Below, piece by piece: positions 36,112 to 44,977 of a DNA stretch of 64,000 nt; the stretch's first letter is position 1, and each line of letters opens with the position of its first letter. Origin of the DNA: Acidobacteriota bacterium (GTDB taxonomy: Bacteria > Acidobacteriota > Blastocatellia > Pyrinomonadales > Pyrinomonadaceae). A model generated the notes under the pieces. That model searched no databases, was not told the origin of the DNA, and was given only the letters and a program-made list of their open reading frames with translations. Both the position numbers and the translations under genes were made by a program. The DNA is taken from positions 2,861 through 66,860 of the forward strand of contig JAKQII010000069.1 of NCBI GenBank assembly GCA_029557535.1. Direction: 5' to 3'.

Positions 36112-36936
36112 CTAGATGATTCGGGCCGCGAGCGCCGCGATCTCCAGCGTACCGCCGATCTCGATCGTGTCCGCGAAGTCACGTTCCGCGAGTTCCGCCC
36201 GATCGAATCGGTAGACCGACCATTCGCCTTCAAGATACTCAAGCGACGTCAGATTCTCGATCCAGTCGCCGCTGTTCAGGTACGTTACGGATCCTTTCCG
36301 ATTCTCGAATTCCTTGATCACCGGTTCGTGGATGTGGCCGCATACGACGTAATCGTAACCGTTGTCGACGGCGATCTCGGCAACGGTCGTCTCGAACTGA
36401 TTGATGTGTTTGAGCGCCAGTTTGACGCTGTCCTTGACCGTTTTTGAGAACGAGTATTTCTCGCGCCCCAACCGTTCGAGGATCTTATTCGCAAAGCGGT
36501 TGAGGATGATCAGGATGTCGTAACCGAAGCCGCCGAGTTTCGCGATCCATTTCGCGTGGCGCATCGTCATGTCGAAGACGTCGCCGTGGAAGAACCAGAA
36601 CTTCTTGCCGTCGATCTCGAGGAGCAATTTATCCTCGATCGCGAAGTTCTCGAGCTTGAATCCACTGTACTGCCGCAGCATTTCGTCGTGGTTTCCGGTG
36701 ACGTAAACGACGCGCGTGCCGTAAGACATCATTTTCAGGATGCGCTGCAGGACGCGCGTGTGGCTCAGCGGAAAATAGCGTTTGCTGAACTGCCATCCGT
36801 CGATGAAGTCGCCGTTGATGATCAGCAGATCCGGCGCGATCGATTTCAGGTAGAGCTCTAGCTCATCCGCGTGGCAACCGTAAGTTCCGAGATGAACATC
36901 GGAGATGACCGCGATATCGAGTTTTCTTTTTGACAT
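36112..36936 (-). CDS. lpxH: UDP-2,3-diacylglucosamine diphosphatase-like metallophosphoesterase (LpxH family)
   Basis: DIAVISDVHLG, INGDFIDGW and VTGNHDE metallophosphoesterase motifs, with the spacing seen in LpxH-type proteins. Confidence 0.6.
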   Translation of the reverse strand: MSKRKLDIAVISDVHLGTYGCHADELELYLKSIAPDLLIINGDFIDGWQFSKRYFPLSHTRVLQRILKMMSYGTRVVYVTGNHDEMLRQYSGFKLENFAIEDKLLLEIDGKKFWFFHGDVFDMTMRHAKWIAKLGGFGYDILIILNRFANKILERLGREKYSFSKTVKDSVKLALKHINQFETTVAEIAVDNGYDYVVCGHIHEPVIKEFENRKGSVTYLNSGDWIENLTSLEYLEGEWSVYRFDRAELAERDFADTIEIGGTLEIAALAARII

Positions 36937-37071
36937 GTTTTGGAAGGGTTTCTTTGAAAGGTCGCACGCGAATGTGATCACCGTGTTATCCAAACGTTGC
37001 CGAAAACTTAAAACTTGCGGGGCCGCGACGGGGGCGGGCCGGAGTGTTTTGATCTATAATGGGCGTGAGAT

Positions 37072-38433
37072 ATGGCAAGAAAATCCATCCTCGTCGTCGA
37101 TGACGAGAAATCACAACGCGAGATCCTCGAGATGATCCTGTCGGGCGAAGGATACGACGTCACGACGGCAAGTTCGGGCGAAGCGGCGATGAAATTCGTC
37201 GCCGACCGGCATTTCGACCTCGTTCTCACGGACCTTCAGATGGGCGGGATGAGCGGTCTCGAACTGCTCAAGGAACTGACTGACTTCGACAAGTCGATCA
37301 TCGTTATCCTGCTGACCGCGCACGGTACGGTCAACTCGGCCGTCGATGCGCTCCGGCTCGGCGCGTTCGATTATCTTCAGAAACCCTACGAGCGCGAGAA
37401 ACTGCTCGAAACGATCGCCCGCGCGCTCAACAAACTGACAAATCTCGACGCCGAGATCGTCTCGGCGTCGCCCGAGATGGACCGGGTTAAGAAACTGATC
37501 CTCAAGGTCGCGAAATCGAGCTCGACGGTTCTGATCCGCGGTGAATCGGGAACCGGAAAAGAACTGATCGCGCGTTCGATCCACAACAACTCGCTGCGGA
37601 CGAACCAGATCTTTCAGGCCGTCAACTGCGCGGCGATCAATGAGAATCTGCTCGAATCCGAACTCTTCGGTCACGAGAAAGGATCGTTCACGGGCGCGAT
37701 CGGCGAAAAGAAGGGACTTTTCGAGGTCGCCGACGGCGGGACGCTGTTTCTCGACGAGATCGGCGAGCTCGACATTTCGCTCCAGGCCAAGCTCTTGCGG
37801 GCGCTTCAGGAGAAACAGATCCGGCGGGTCGGCGGGACAAAGGAGATCGACGTCGACGTCCGCGTCGTCGCCGCGACGAACCGCGATCTGCTGAAGATGA
37901 CGCAGGAAGGATCGTTCCGCGAAGATCTTTACTATCGCCTGAACGTACTCTCGATAGAGATCCCGCCTCTCCGCGAAAGGCGCCCGGATATCGATCTGCT
38001 GATGAACTATTTCATCAAGAAGCACACGCGCGACACGAACCGCAATATCAAGATGAGCGCCGAAGCGAAACGCATTTTCGACGATTACAGCTATCCGGGC
38101 AACGTCCGTCAGCTCGAATCGGCGGTGGAGCGCGCGATTCTTTTGTGCGAGAACGACACGATCACGGTCGATGACCTTCCTCCGGAAATGACGAACGGCG
38201 CGGGAGTGAAAACGGTCGCGGCCGGCGGTTCGGCCGAATATTTTCAGCTTCCGTCCGAAGGCGTGAACTTCGAGGACGTCGAGCGCAATCTGATCATTCA
38301 GGCCATGGAGCGCACCGACAACAACATCACGAAATCGGCGAAGCTGCTCGGACTGACGTTCCGGACGTTGCAGTACAGGCTCGAAAAGTTTGGGATCAAA
38401 CGCGACGGAACGGAGGAAGAAGAAGAAACGTAA
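37072..38433 (+). CDS. sigma-54-dependent Fis-family response regulator (NtrC type)
   Basis: Receiver domain (ILVVDDE...DLVLTDLQMGGMSG), AAA+ Walker A GESGTGKE, GAFTGA-type loop ESELFGHEKGSFTGA, and a C-terminal HTH. Confidence 0.92.
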   Translation: MARKSILVVDDEKSQREILEMILSGEGYDVTTASSGEAAMKFVADRHFDLVLTDLQMGGMSGLELLKELTDFDKSIIVILLTAHGTVNSAVDALRLGAFDYLQKPYEREKLLETIARALNKLTNLDAEIVSASPEMDRVKKLILKVAKSSSTVLIRGESGTGKELIARSIHNNSLRTNQIFQAVNCAAINENLLESELFGHEKGSFTGAIGEKKGLFEVADGGTLFLDEIGELDISLQAKLLRALQEKQIRRVGGTKEIDVDVRVVAATNRDLLKMTQEGSFREDLYYRLNVLSIEIPPLRERRPDIDLLMNYFIKKHTRDTNRNIKMSAEAKRIFDDYSYPGNVRQLESAVERAILLCENDTITVDDLPPEMTNGAGVKTVAAGGSAEYFQLPSEGVNFEDVERNLIIQAMERTDNNITKSAKLLGLTFRTLQYRLEKFGIKRDGTEEEEET

Positions 38434-38437
38434 GCGC

Positions 38438-38528
38438 ATTTGGGAATTGGGATTTGTATTGATTCAAAATTCAAGATTCAACAGTCAAGCCGTCTTCCTT
38501 TTGAATTTTGAACGTTGAATTTTTGATC
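38438..38528. repeat. GGGATTT words followed by an inverted pair of TTGAATT-type words
   Basis: ATTTGGGAATTGGGATTTG comes first. GATTCAAAATTCAAGATTCAACAGTCAAG (38461-38489) is then complementary to CTTTTGAATTTTGAACGTTGAATTTTTGATC (38498-38528). Confidence 0.8.
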
Positions 38529-38542
38529 GAAGGAGGCCTTGT

Positions 38543-39154
38543 ATGGAATGGTTTTCAACGTTGACTTTGGCGCTCGGGTCCGCGTGGACATCGGGTATCA
38601 ATCTTTACGCCACCGTTAGCGTTCTCGGTCTGCTTCAGAAATTCGCGCTGACGAAACTACCGGGCGGGCTCGACGTCCTCGACAACTGGTGGATCATCGG
38701 CGTCGCGGGCGGGTTGTACGTCATCGAGTTTGTCGCGGACAAAGTGCCCTACGTCGACAGCGTTTGGGACGTTGTCCATACGTTCATCCGCGTTCCGGCC
38801 GGAGCCGCGGTCGCGTATGCCGCGACGAACCAGATGGATACGACGGTTTGGGTCATCGCCGCACTTGTCGGCGGCGGACTCGCGCTCTCGTCGCACGGGA
38901 CAAAGGCGGCGTTGCGCGCCGGGGCGAACCTATCGCCAGAACCGGTATCGAACTGGACGCTCTCGATCGTCGAAGACGTCGTCGCGTTCGCCGGCACCGC
39001 GCTGGCGGTTTTCGCGCCGATCGTTATTGCCGTCATTCTGTTGATCTTCGTCGCGTTCTTCACCTGGTTCGGTCCGAAGGTCTTTCGCGCGGACGGCAGG
39101 CTATGGCGGGCGACGAAGGCTTTTTTTCGCGGTGAGGGATTCAAAGAAGCGTGA
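38543..39154 (+). CDS. DUF4126 domain membrane protein
   Basis: SGINLYATVSVLGLL...YVIEFVADKVPYVDSVWDVVHTFIR fits DUF4126 as I recall it. AGGAGG RBS. Confidence 0.65.
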   Translation: MEWFSTLTLALGSAWTSGINLYATVSVLGLLQKFALTKLPGGLDVLDNWWIIGVAGGLYVIEFVADKVPYVDSVWDVVHTFIRVPAGAAVAYAATNQMDTTVWVIAALVGGGLALSSHGTKAALRAGANLSPEPVSNWTLSIVEDVVAFAGTALAVFAPIVIAVILLIFVAFFTWFGPKVFRADGRLWRATKAFFRGEGFKEA

Positions 39155-39250
39155 TGGGATTTGGGATTGCGACAGGTCCCGATCGTCATCTTTGCCGCCA
39201 ATAATCGAGAATCGCGACTCCATTGTCGTAAACGAACAGTTAGGGTAGTG

Positions 39251-39314
39251 CAAGCGGGTCGTTTGATTTTCGTTCTTTCAGCATACAAGCGGGCTGTTTG
39301 ATTCTAGTTCTTTC
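39251..39314. repeat. two direct ~29-nt repeats (36-nt period) just upstream of the DUF4349 gene
   Basis: CAAGCGGGTCGTTTGATTTTCGTTCTTTC (39251-39279) and CAAGCGGGCTGTTTGATTCTAGTTCTTTC (39287-39315). Confidence 0.85.
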
Positions 39315-39334
39315 CAAAGAAAGGAGAAACCACT

Positions 39335-40306
39335 ATGAGATCACTCAAAATGATCGCGATCCTTCTTGTTCCGCTCTTTGTTTTTTGGGGATGCGCGGGC
39401 GAATCGGCGCAGACCTCCCGCGACTCCACGGAAGCTCCGCAGTCACGGTCTGATGAAGCGTTCAAGCCGTCGAACACCGCGGTCGCCTCGAATTCGGCAC
39501 CGAAACCCGCATCCAAGAATAAGACCACGACCGCGCAGGTTTCGCTTGAAACCGAAAAGAAGAGCGAGGCCGCGCCGACCGAGCGAAAGATCGTCCGCAA
39601 CGCCGATCTTCAGCTTGAATCGGACGAGCCTGAGTCAGTTCAGCAGAAAATCACCTCGATCGCCGAATCGAAGAACGGATTTGTCGTCGAATCGACGCAG
39701 TCATCGTCCGACGTCCGCGCGAGCCGACGCGATACGGTCGTGATGACGGTTCGGGTTCCGGCCGAGAAATTCGCGGAAGCGATGACGGAGATCCGCGCCG
39801 CGGCGAACCGTGTGATCGTCGAAACGGTCAAAAGCGACGACGTCACCGAGGAATTCATCGACACCGAGGCGCGTTTGAAGGCCAAAAAGGCGCTCGAGGC
39901 CCAGTTCCTCGAGATCATGAAGCGGGCGAACACCGTCAACGATGCGCTCAACGTGCAGAGCGAGCTATCGGACGTCCGGGCCGAGATCGAGAGGATCGAG
40001 GGCCGCCTTCGTTTTCTCGAGAACCAGACGAGCCTTTCGACGATCAAGATCCGCATCCAGACGCCGGCCGCGTTCTCGGCAAATTCGAAGGGATTCTTTT
40101 ATCGCTTCGGCGAATCGGTCGGAACGGGCGTTGACGCCGCGCTCAGCTTCGTTCTCGGACTGGTCACGTTCGTCATCGCGATCCTTCCGTTTTTGATCTT
40201 CATCGTTTTGCCGATCTATCTTGTGATCCGATATCTTTGGAGAAAGCGCAGGCGATCAAAAATGGAGAGTGCGGCGTCGGGCGTCCACACCTCCGATGAA
40301 CCTTAA
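39335..40306 (+). CDS. DUF4349 domain protein (lipoprotein-like N-terminus, C-terminal TM)
   Basis: LVPLFVFWGC lipobox-like, then ERKIVRNADLQLESDEPESVQQKI..., a coiled-coil middle, and a C-terminal TM. This is the typical DUF4349 layout. Confidence 0.7.
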   Translation: MRSLKMIAILLVPLFVFWGCAGESAQTSRDSTEAPQSRSDEAFKPSNTAVASNSAPKPASKNKTTTAQVSLETEKKSEAAPTERKIVRNADLQLESDEPESVQQKITSIAESKNGFVVESTQSSSDVRASRRDTVVMTVRVPAEKFAEAMTEIRAAANRVIVETVKSDDVTEEFIDTEARLKAKKALEAQFLEIMKRANTVNDALNVQSELSDVRAEIERIEGRLRFLENQTSLSTIKIRIQTPAAFSANSKGFFYRFGESVGTGVDAALSFVLGLVTFVIAILPFLIFIVLPIYLVIRYLWRKRRRSKMESAASGVHTSDEP

Positions 40307-40309
40307 GGA

Positions 40310-40516
40310 ATGATCTTCATATTCAAATTTCTGGCGGTGATCCTGGCAGCGGTCGCCGCCTATTTGTTGCTCATCGGCAACAAGGACTGGGGATTCGCGA
40401 TCGCCGTCCTCGCGGCGGTTTCGTTCTTCCTGAGCATCAGGTTCGAGGTTAAAGGAAGGCTTGCCGAACGGGCCCGCAAGGAAAAAGAGGAACTCGTGGC
40501 GGAGGACGCCGAATGA
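40310..40516 (+). CDS. small two-TM membrane protein (68 aa)
   Basis: Two hydrophobic helices and a charged tail. There is a 3-nt gap from DUF4349 and an ATGA overlap with the GT1 gene. Confidence 0.55.
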   Translation: MIFIFKFLAVILAAVAAYLLLIGNKDWGFAIAVLAAVSFFLSIRFEVKGRLAERARKEKEELVAEDAE

Positions 40517-41823
40517 AACTCCTTTTCGCGGGCTTCGGGTCGCTCGGCGACATGCACCCGCTGATCGCGGTCGCGCTCGAACTCCGGTCGCGCGGGCATG
40601 AAGTGATCTTTTCCGCGATGGAGTCCTACCGCGAGAAGATCGAGACGATCGGTTTCGAGTTCCGTCCGATCCGCCCGAATTTCGATCCCGACGACCGCGA
40701 ACTCGTCAAGAAAGTGATGGACGTCCGCACCGGATCCGCTTTCCTGCTGCGTGAGATCCTGCTGCCGAACCTGCGTCCGATGTACGAAGATCTGCTCGCA
40801 GCGGCTGCTGACGTCGATTTGATTCTCACCGGCGAAGTTGTTTTTCCGGCACGTTCGGTCACTGAAAAGCTCGGGATCAAGTGGGTCTCGACGACGCTCG
40901 CGCCCGGAACTTTTCTCTCACCGACCGACCCTTTCATTCCGCCGACGGCGATGTGGCTCAGGCATTTCAGATTTCTTGGAAGCGCGTTTTTCGGACCGAT
41001 GTTCGGGCTCGTGAAGCTGATCATCGGCAAATGGTTCAAGCCGTACCACGAATTCAGACGCGAGCTTGGACTTCCCGAGGCGGGCGATCCGATGTTTGAG
41101 GGCAAGTCGGAACTCTTGAATCTCGCGATGTTCTCGCGCGTTCTCGGCAAGCCGCAACCGAGCTGGCCGACCTCAACACTTCAAACGGGATTTTGCTTCT
41201 ACGACGGCCAGAAAGATCTCGGAGCGATGCCCGATGGTCTCGAAGAATTTCTTGAATCGGGCGAGCCGCCGATCGTGTTCACGCTCGGGAGCGCCGCGGT
41301 GATGGACCCGCGCGACTTTTTCACCGAAAGCGCGAAGGCGGCGAAATTGCTCGGTCGGCGCGCGCTTTTGCTTTACGGAATGTTCAACGATTTGCCCGAG
41401 ATCGATCAGACCGGCGATTGGAGGATCGAGACCGGAACCGGGATCACGTCGAAGATCGCCGCGTTCCCGTACGCGCCGTACTCGAAGGTGTTCCCGCGGG
41501 CCGCGTGCGTCGTCCACCAGGGCGGCGTCGGAACGACCGCGCAGGTCCTGCGTGCCGGCGTACCGCACCTGATCATGCCGTATTCGCACGATCAACCAGA
41601 CAACGCGGCTCGCTGCGAAAGGCTCGGGGTCGCGAAGATCGTATCCCGCGGAAAATACTCGGCGTTGATCGCCGAATCGAAGATCCGGTCGCTGATCGAA
41701 AATTCTGAATTTACCCGCAATGCGGCGTCAGCGGCGAGCGTGATCGCCGGCGAGAATGGCGCCGCAACCGCCGCCGACGCGATCGAAGCCGTTTTGAAGA
41801 GTCAGGTTCCGCGCGTAAAATGA
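40513..41823 (+). CDS. family 1 glycosyltransferase (UDP-glycosyltransferase / MGT-like, GT-B)
   Basis: MKLLFAGFGSLGDMHPLIAVALELRSRGHEV N-terminal motif and a C-terminal donor-binding block HQGGVGTTAQVLRAGVPHLIMPYSHDQPDNA. GGAGGA RBS. Confidence 0.85.
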   Translation: MKLLFAGFGSLGDMHPLIAVALELRSRGHEVIFSAMESYREKIETIGFEFRPIRPNFDPDDRELVKKVMDVRTGSAFLLREILLPNLRPMYEDLLAAAADVDLILTGEVVFPARSVTEKLGIKWVSTTLAPGTFLSPTDPFIPPTAMWLRHFRFLGSAFFGPMFGLVKLIIGKWFKPYHEFRRELGLPEAGDPMFEGKSELLNLAMFSRVLGKPQPSWPTSTLQTGFCFYDGQKDLGAMPDGLEEFLESGEPPIVFTLGSAAVMDPRDFFTESAKAAKLLGRRALLLYGMFNDLPEIDQTGDWRIETGTGITSKIAAFPYAPYSKVFPRAACVVHQGGVGTTAQVLRAGVPHLIMPYSHDQPDNAARCERLGVAKIVSRGKYSALIAESKIRSLIENSEFTRNAASAASVIAGENGAATAADAIEAVLKSQVPRVK

Positions 41824-41853
41824 CACAATGTGTTTGAGCAACTCGGGCCGCAT

Positions 41854-43800
41854 ATGAAAAATCGATTCCTCTTATTCTTGTTAGCCCTGGTCGTCGTTTC
41901 GCCGAGTTTCGCGCAGATGTCGCGCAAGCCGTCGCCGACGCGCGAGCCGGCGGGCGCGATGGACAAGCGCCCGGATTCCAAGGAAAACGCGCTGCTGAAG
42001 ATCGGTTCGCGGGCGGAGTTCGAATCGATCGGGCGCGTCTACAACCCGAACACTCCGTACGCGATGCTTCACGCGATGTTCGTGATCGACCGCAAGAACA
42101 ACAACAAGATCTATTACGTAAATTCGCAGAAGTTCCGCTTCCACAAAGATTTCCTGTACGCGACCGGGCTCGCTGCGCGCGGAACCGATATTTACAAAGC
42201 CGCTTATTTCAGCGACGACCGGCGGTTCATTGTCGGCACGATCGCCTGGCAGAAGACCGTCGACAAATGGACCTGGGAACTTTGGGAAGGCGATCTCGCG
42301 AACTCGTTCCACATCAAGACCGCGAATGCGGTGATCGCGCGGACGTTCTTCGAAAAGGTCTACTACAAACCGAACTCTATTTCGCAGGATGACGCGTCGG
42401 CGAATATCGGCATCGACCGCGTCACGCAGGACGAGCTCAACAAAAACCAGGAATATCTTGCGCTCAACGCCGGGACGGCGGTCGGCCGGATTCACATCAT
42501 TGAGAAACTCGACGACACGGTCGAGATCGGCGACAACGAGATCGTCATTCTCAAGGAATTGCCGGTTAGCCTGCCGCCGGTTCGCGGGATCATCGTCGCA
42601 AAACCCTCGACGCCGCTGTCCCACATCAACATTCTCGCGAAGGGCTGGAACATTCCGAACGTCTACATCAAGGACGCGGACAAGCTTTTCAAGGAAATGG
42701 ACACCTGGTGGGTCAGGCTCGACGCATCGCTCACCGATTACAGGATCAAGCGTCTTGTTGACATGCCCGACGGTCCGGAAGCACCGCCCGATCCGCCGGA
42801 TCAGCAGGTCGCACCGGCAAACTTGAACGTTCAGAAGCTGACGAGCCTGCGTCAGATGCGCAAGGCCGACAGCATCGCTTTCGGCGGAAAAGCCGCGAAC
42901 CAGGGCGAGATCATGCGCGCGCGGATCCCCGGCTTCGTCGTGCCCGACGGCTTTTCGATCCCGTTCCACTGGTATGACAAGTTCATGAAAGCCAACGGGT
43001 TCGACAAGGTGACCGACGAGATGATGGACGATTACAATTTCGTCCACAATCCGCGGTACCGTCGCCAGAAACTCGATGAGCTACGGGCGAAAATTCAAAA
43101 TGGGAAGTTCGATGAATCGTTGCGAAAGGCCGTAATCTCGCGCTGGCGGACGGAACTCGGCGGCCGCGGCGTGTTTGTTCGCAGTTCGTCCAACGCCGAA
43201 GATCTCCCGAATTTTTCGGGTGCCGGACTATATTCGAGCGTGCCGAATGTGAAGACGGACGACCAGCTCATCGAGGCGATCAAGAAGGTCTGGGGATCGC
43301 TCTGGAAGTTCGAGGCGTACGAGGCGCGGGTCCGCAATTACGTCGATCAGGACAGCGTTTACATGTCCGCGTTGATCCAGGTCGGGATAAACATGAATCG
43401 CAGCGGAGTCTTGATAACAAAGGATCCGTTCGACGCGAAGAATAAGAACGCGGTTTATATCTCGGCAGTCTGCGGGCTCGGCGAAAGCGTCGCGAACAAT
43501 AAAGGCATTCCGGAGCAGGTTCTGTTCAATCCGCGCTCGAACGCCGTTGTCGTGATGACGTATTCGGATCTTGTGAATTCGATGAAGTTTGACGACGCCG
43601 GTTTCGTCAAGGAGGTTCCCGACAAATGCGCGAACCCGAAAACAAACCGGATTCTAAGTGATCTGCAGGTCCGATCGCTGGCGCGGATGGCACTGGCGAT
43701 CCGCCGGGTGTTCGGCAACAAGGCCGAACAGGACATCGAATGGGGAATCATGAACGGCCGGTTCTACATTGTTCAGGCAAGGCCGTATATTGAGAAATAA
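41854..43800 (+). CDS. PEP-utilising-enzyme-like protein: unknown N-domain, swivel (mobile His) domain, then PPDK_N ATP-grasp; signal-peptide-like N-terminus
   Basis: MKNRFLLFLLALVVVSPSFAQ; swivel block VRGIIVAKPSTPLSHINILAKGWNIPNVYI; ATP-grasp blocks FGGKAANQGEI, VRSSSNAEDLPNFSGAGLYSS and DIEWGIMNGRFYIVQARP. Confidence 0.75.
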   Translation: MKNRFLLFLLALVVVSPSFAQMSRKPSPTREPAGAMDKRPDSKENALLKIGSRAEFESIGRVYNPNTPYAMLHAMFVIDRKNNNKIYYVNSQKFRFHKDFLYATGLAARGTDIYKAAYFSDDRRFIVGTIAWQKTVDKWTWELWEGDLANSFHIKTANAVIARTFFEKVYYKPNSISQDDASANIGIDRVTQDELNKNQEYLALNAGTAVGRIHIIEKLDDTVEIGDNEIVILKELPVSLPPVRGIIVAKPSTPLSHINILAKGWNIPNVYIKDADKLFKEMDTWWVRLDASLTDYRIKRLVDMPDGPEAPPDPPDQQVAPANLNVQKLTSLRQMRKADSIAFGGKAANQGEIMRARIPGFVVPDGFSIPFHWYDKFMKANGFDKVTDEMMDDYNFVHNPRYRRQKLDELRAKIQNGKFDESLRKAVISRWRTELGGRGVFVRSSSNAEDLPNFSGAGLYSSVPNVKTDDQLIEAIKKVWGSLWKFEAYEARVRNYVDQDSVYMSALIQVGINMNRSGVLITKDPFDAKNKNAVYISAVCGLGESVANNKGIPEQVLFNPRSNAVVVMTYSDLVNSMKFDDAGFVKEVPDKCANPKTNRILSDLQVRSLARMALAIRRVFGNKAEQDIEWGIMNGRFYIVQARPYIEK

Positions 43801-43805
43801 GTCCA

Positions 43806-43910
43806 TTTTCAATTTGCGATTTTCGATTTGCGATTGAAATTTCGAAATTTCGCAACGGGCTCGTGCGATTCGACGATCGCAAATTGAAAATTGCAAATCG
43901 CAAATTTTTT
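43806..43910. repeat. inverted pair of GCGATTT-type word arrays
   Basis: TTTTCAATTTGCGATTTTCGATTTGCGATTG (43806-43836) is complementary to CGATCGCAAATTGAAAATTGCAAATCGCAAATTTTTT (43874-43910). Confidence 0.85.
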
Positions 43911-44426
43911 ATGAGACAACTTATCGTTATTGCAATTTCTGCTTTTCTATTTGCCGCTTGCGGAAATTCGCCGGCACCGCTCTCGAATACGAATGCGGCG
44001 GCGACGCCTGCGTCGAACACGAACAGCCTCGTGATTTCGAGCCACAAGTCGGAGACGAAGCCCGTGACCGAATCGAAACCGCAGTCGACCTCGGGCGGAT
44101 CGCCGAATCAACGCCCTACCGACATAAAGGCGCAGACGGCCGCGATCGAGAAAGCGGAAAAGGAATTCAAGGCCAAACCGAAAGACGAAGCGGCGAAAAA
44201 GGCGCTCGCGAAGGCCTATTTCGACCGCGCGTTCGTTTTGACCGAAGCGGCGCAGTATTCAGCCGCTCTCGGTGACTTCCGCAAGGGACTGAAACTTGAT
44301 CCTTCCGACGCGAAGGCGAAAGAGATGCATGACCAGATCGTCGAGATCTACGGGATGCTCGGTAAGGAAGTACCCAAGGAAGGGCAGGAGATGGCTCCCG
44401 ACGGCACCGACAAACCAAAACAATAG
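43911..44426 (+). CDS. lipoprotein with a low-complexity linker and a TPR-like C-terminal module
   Basis: Lipobox LFAAC and a C-terminal block AKAYFDRAFVLTEAAQYSAALGDFRKGLKLDPSD. Confidence 0.6.
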   Translation: MRQLIVIAISAFLFAACGNSPAPLSNTNAAATPASNTNSLVISSHKSETKPVTESKPQSTSGGSPNQRPTDIKAQTAAIEKAEKEFKAKPKDEAAKKALAKAYFDRAFVLTEAAQYSAALGDFRKGLKLDPSDAKAKEMHDQIVEIYGMLGKEVPKEGQEMAPDGTDKPKQ

Positions 44427-44451
44427 CCGGCGGCGGCGCGTAAAATGTCGC

Positions 44452-44967
44452 ATGAGAAAAGTCACGTACGGTTGCGCAGTCAGCCTCGATGGCTACATCG
44501 CCGGCCCGAACGGCGAAGTCGACTGGCTTATGTGGTGCGACGAGGCGGCAGAGGTCGCATCCGGCTATTGGGCAAATGTCGACGCGATCCTGATGGGCCG
44601 GAAAACGTGGGAATTTGCGGTCTCCGGGGGACAGGGCGGCGAATCTTCTTCCAAGATCGCCACTTACGTGTTCTCGCGAACGCTTTCGGAAACGCCCGGT
44701 GCGACGCCCGTGTCGGAAGACGCGGTCGATTTCGTCCGCAAACTGAAGTCGAAGGAGGGACGAGAGATCTGCTTGATGGGCGGCGGCGATATTGCTTCGG
44801 CGCTGATCGGCGCAGGAGTCGTGGACGAGATCGGACTGAATGTTCATCCGGTGATCCTCGGCGGCGGTACTCCCATGTTTACGGCGTCGACGCGCTCAAC
44901 CCAACTTTCGCTCATCGAGTCACGATCGTTCTCGAACGGCTGCGTTTACTCGATCTACAGAACCTAG
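44452..44967 (+). CDS. dihydrofolate reductase family protein (RibD C-terminal domain type)
   Basis: MRKVTYGCAVSLDGYIAGPNGEVDW..., ILMGRKTWE and ICLMGGGDIASALI. Confidence 0.8.
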   Translation: MRKVTYGCAVSLDGYIAGPNGEVDWLMWCDEAAEVASGYWANVDAILMGRKTWEFAVSGGQGGESSSKIATYVFSRTLSETPGATPVSEDAVDFVRKLKSKEGREICLMGGGDIASALIGAGVVDEIGLNVHPVILGGGTPMFTASTRSTQLSLIESRSFSNGCVYSIYRT

Positions 44968-44977
44968 AACTGAGGCA

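Noticed and set aside
37111-38439. 442-aa ORF antisense to the NtrC-type regulator. Similar long mirror ORFs occur at 22028-23599, 12408-13289, 4819-5850, 41881-43047, 58188-59306, 14970-15974, 47391-48239 and 60649-61437.
   Set aside because: Each lies entirely opposite a gene whose sense frame carries unmistakable family motifs. Their translations are Arg/Asp/Gly-rich with no recognisable domains. Long stop-free antisense frames are expected in GC-rich coding DNA.
38434-38542. Sigma-54 promoter (TGGCAC-N5-TTGC) downstream of the NtrC-type regulator or upstream of neighbouring operons.
   Set aside because: I saw no match by eye in this spacer or in 36937-37071, 39155-39334 or 34246-34361. 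The TGGCAC strings I noticed (about 20625 and 48450) lie inside coding regions without a TTGC at the right spacing.
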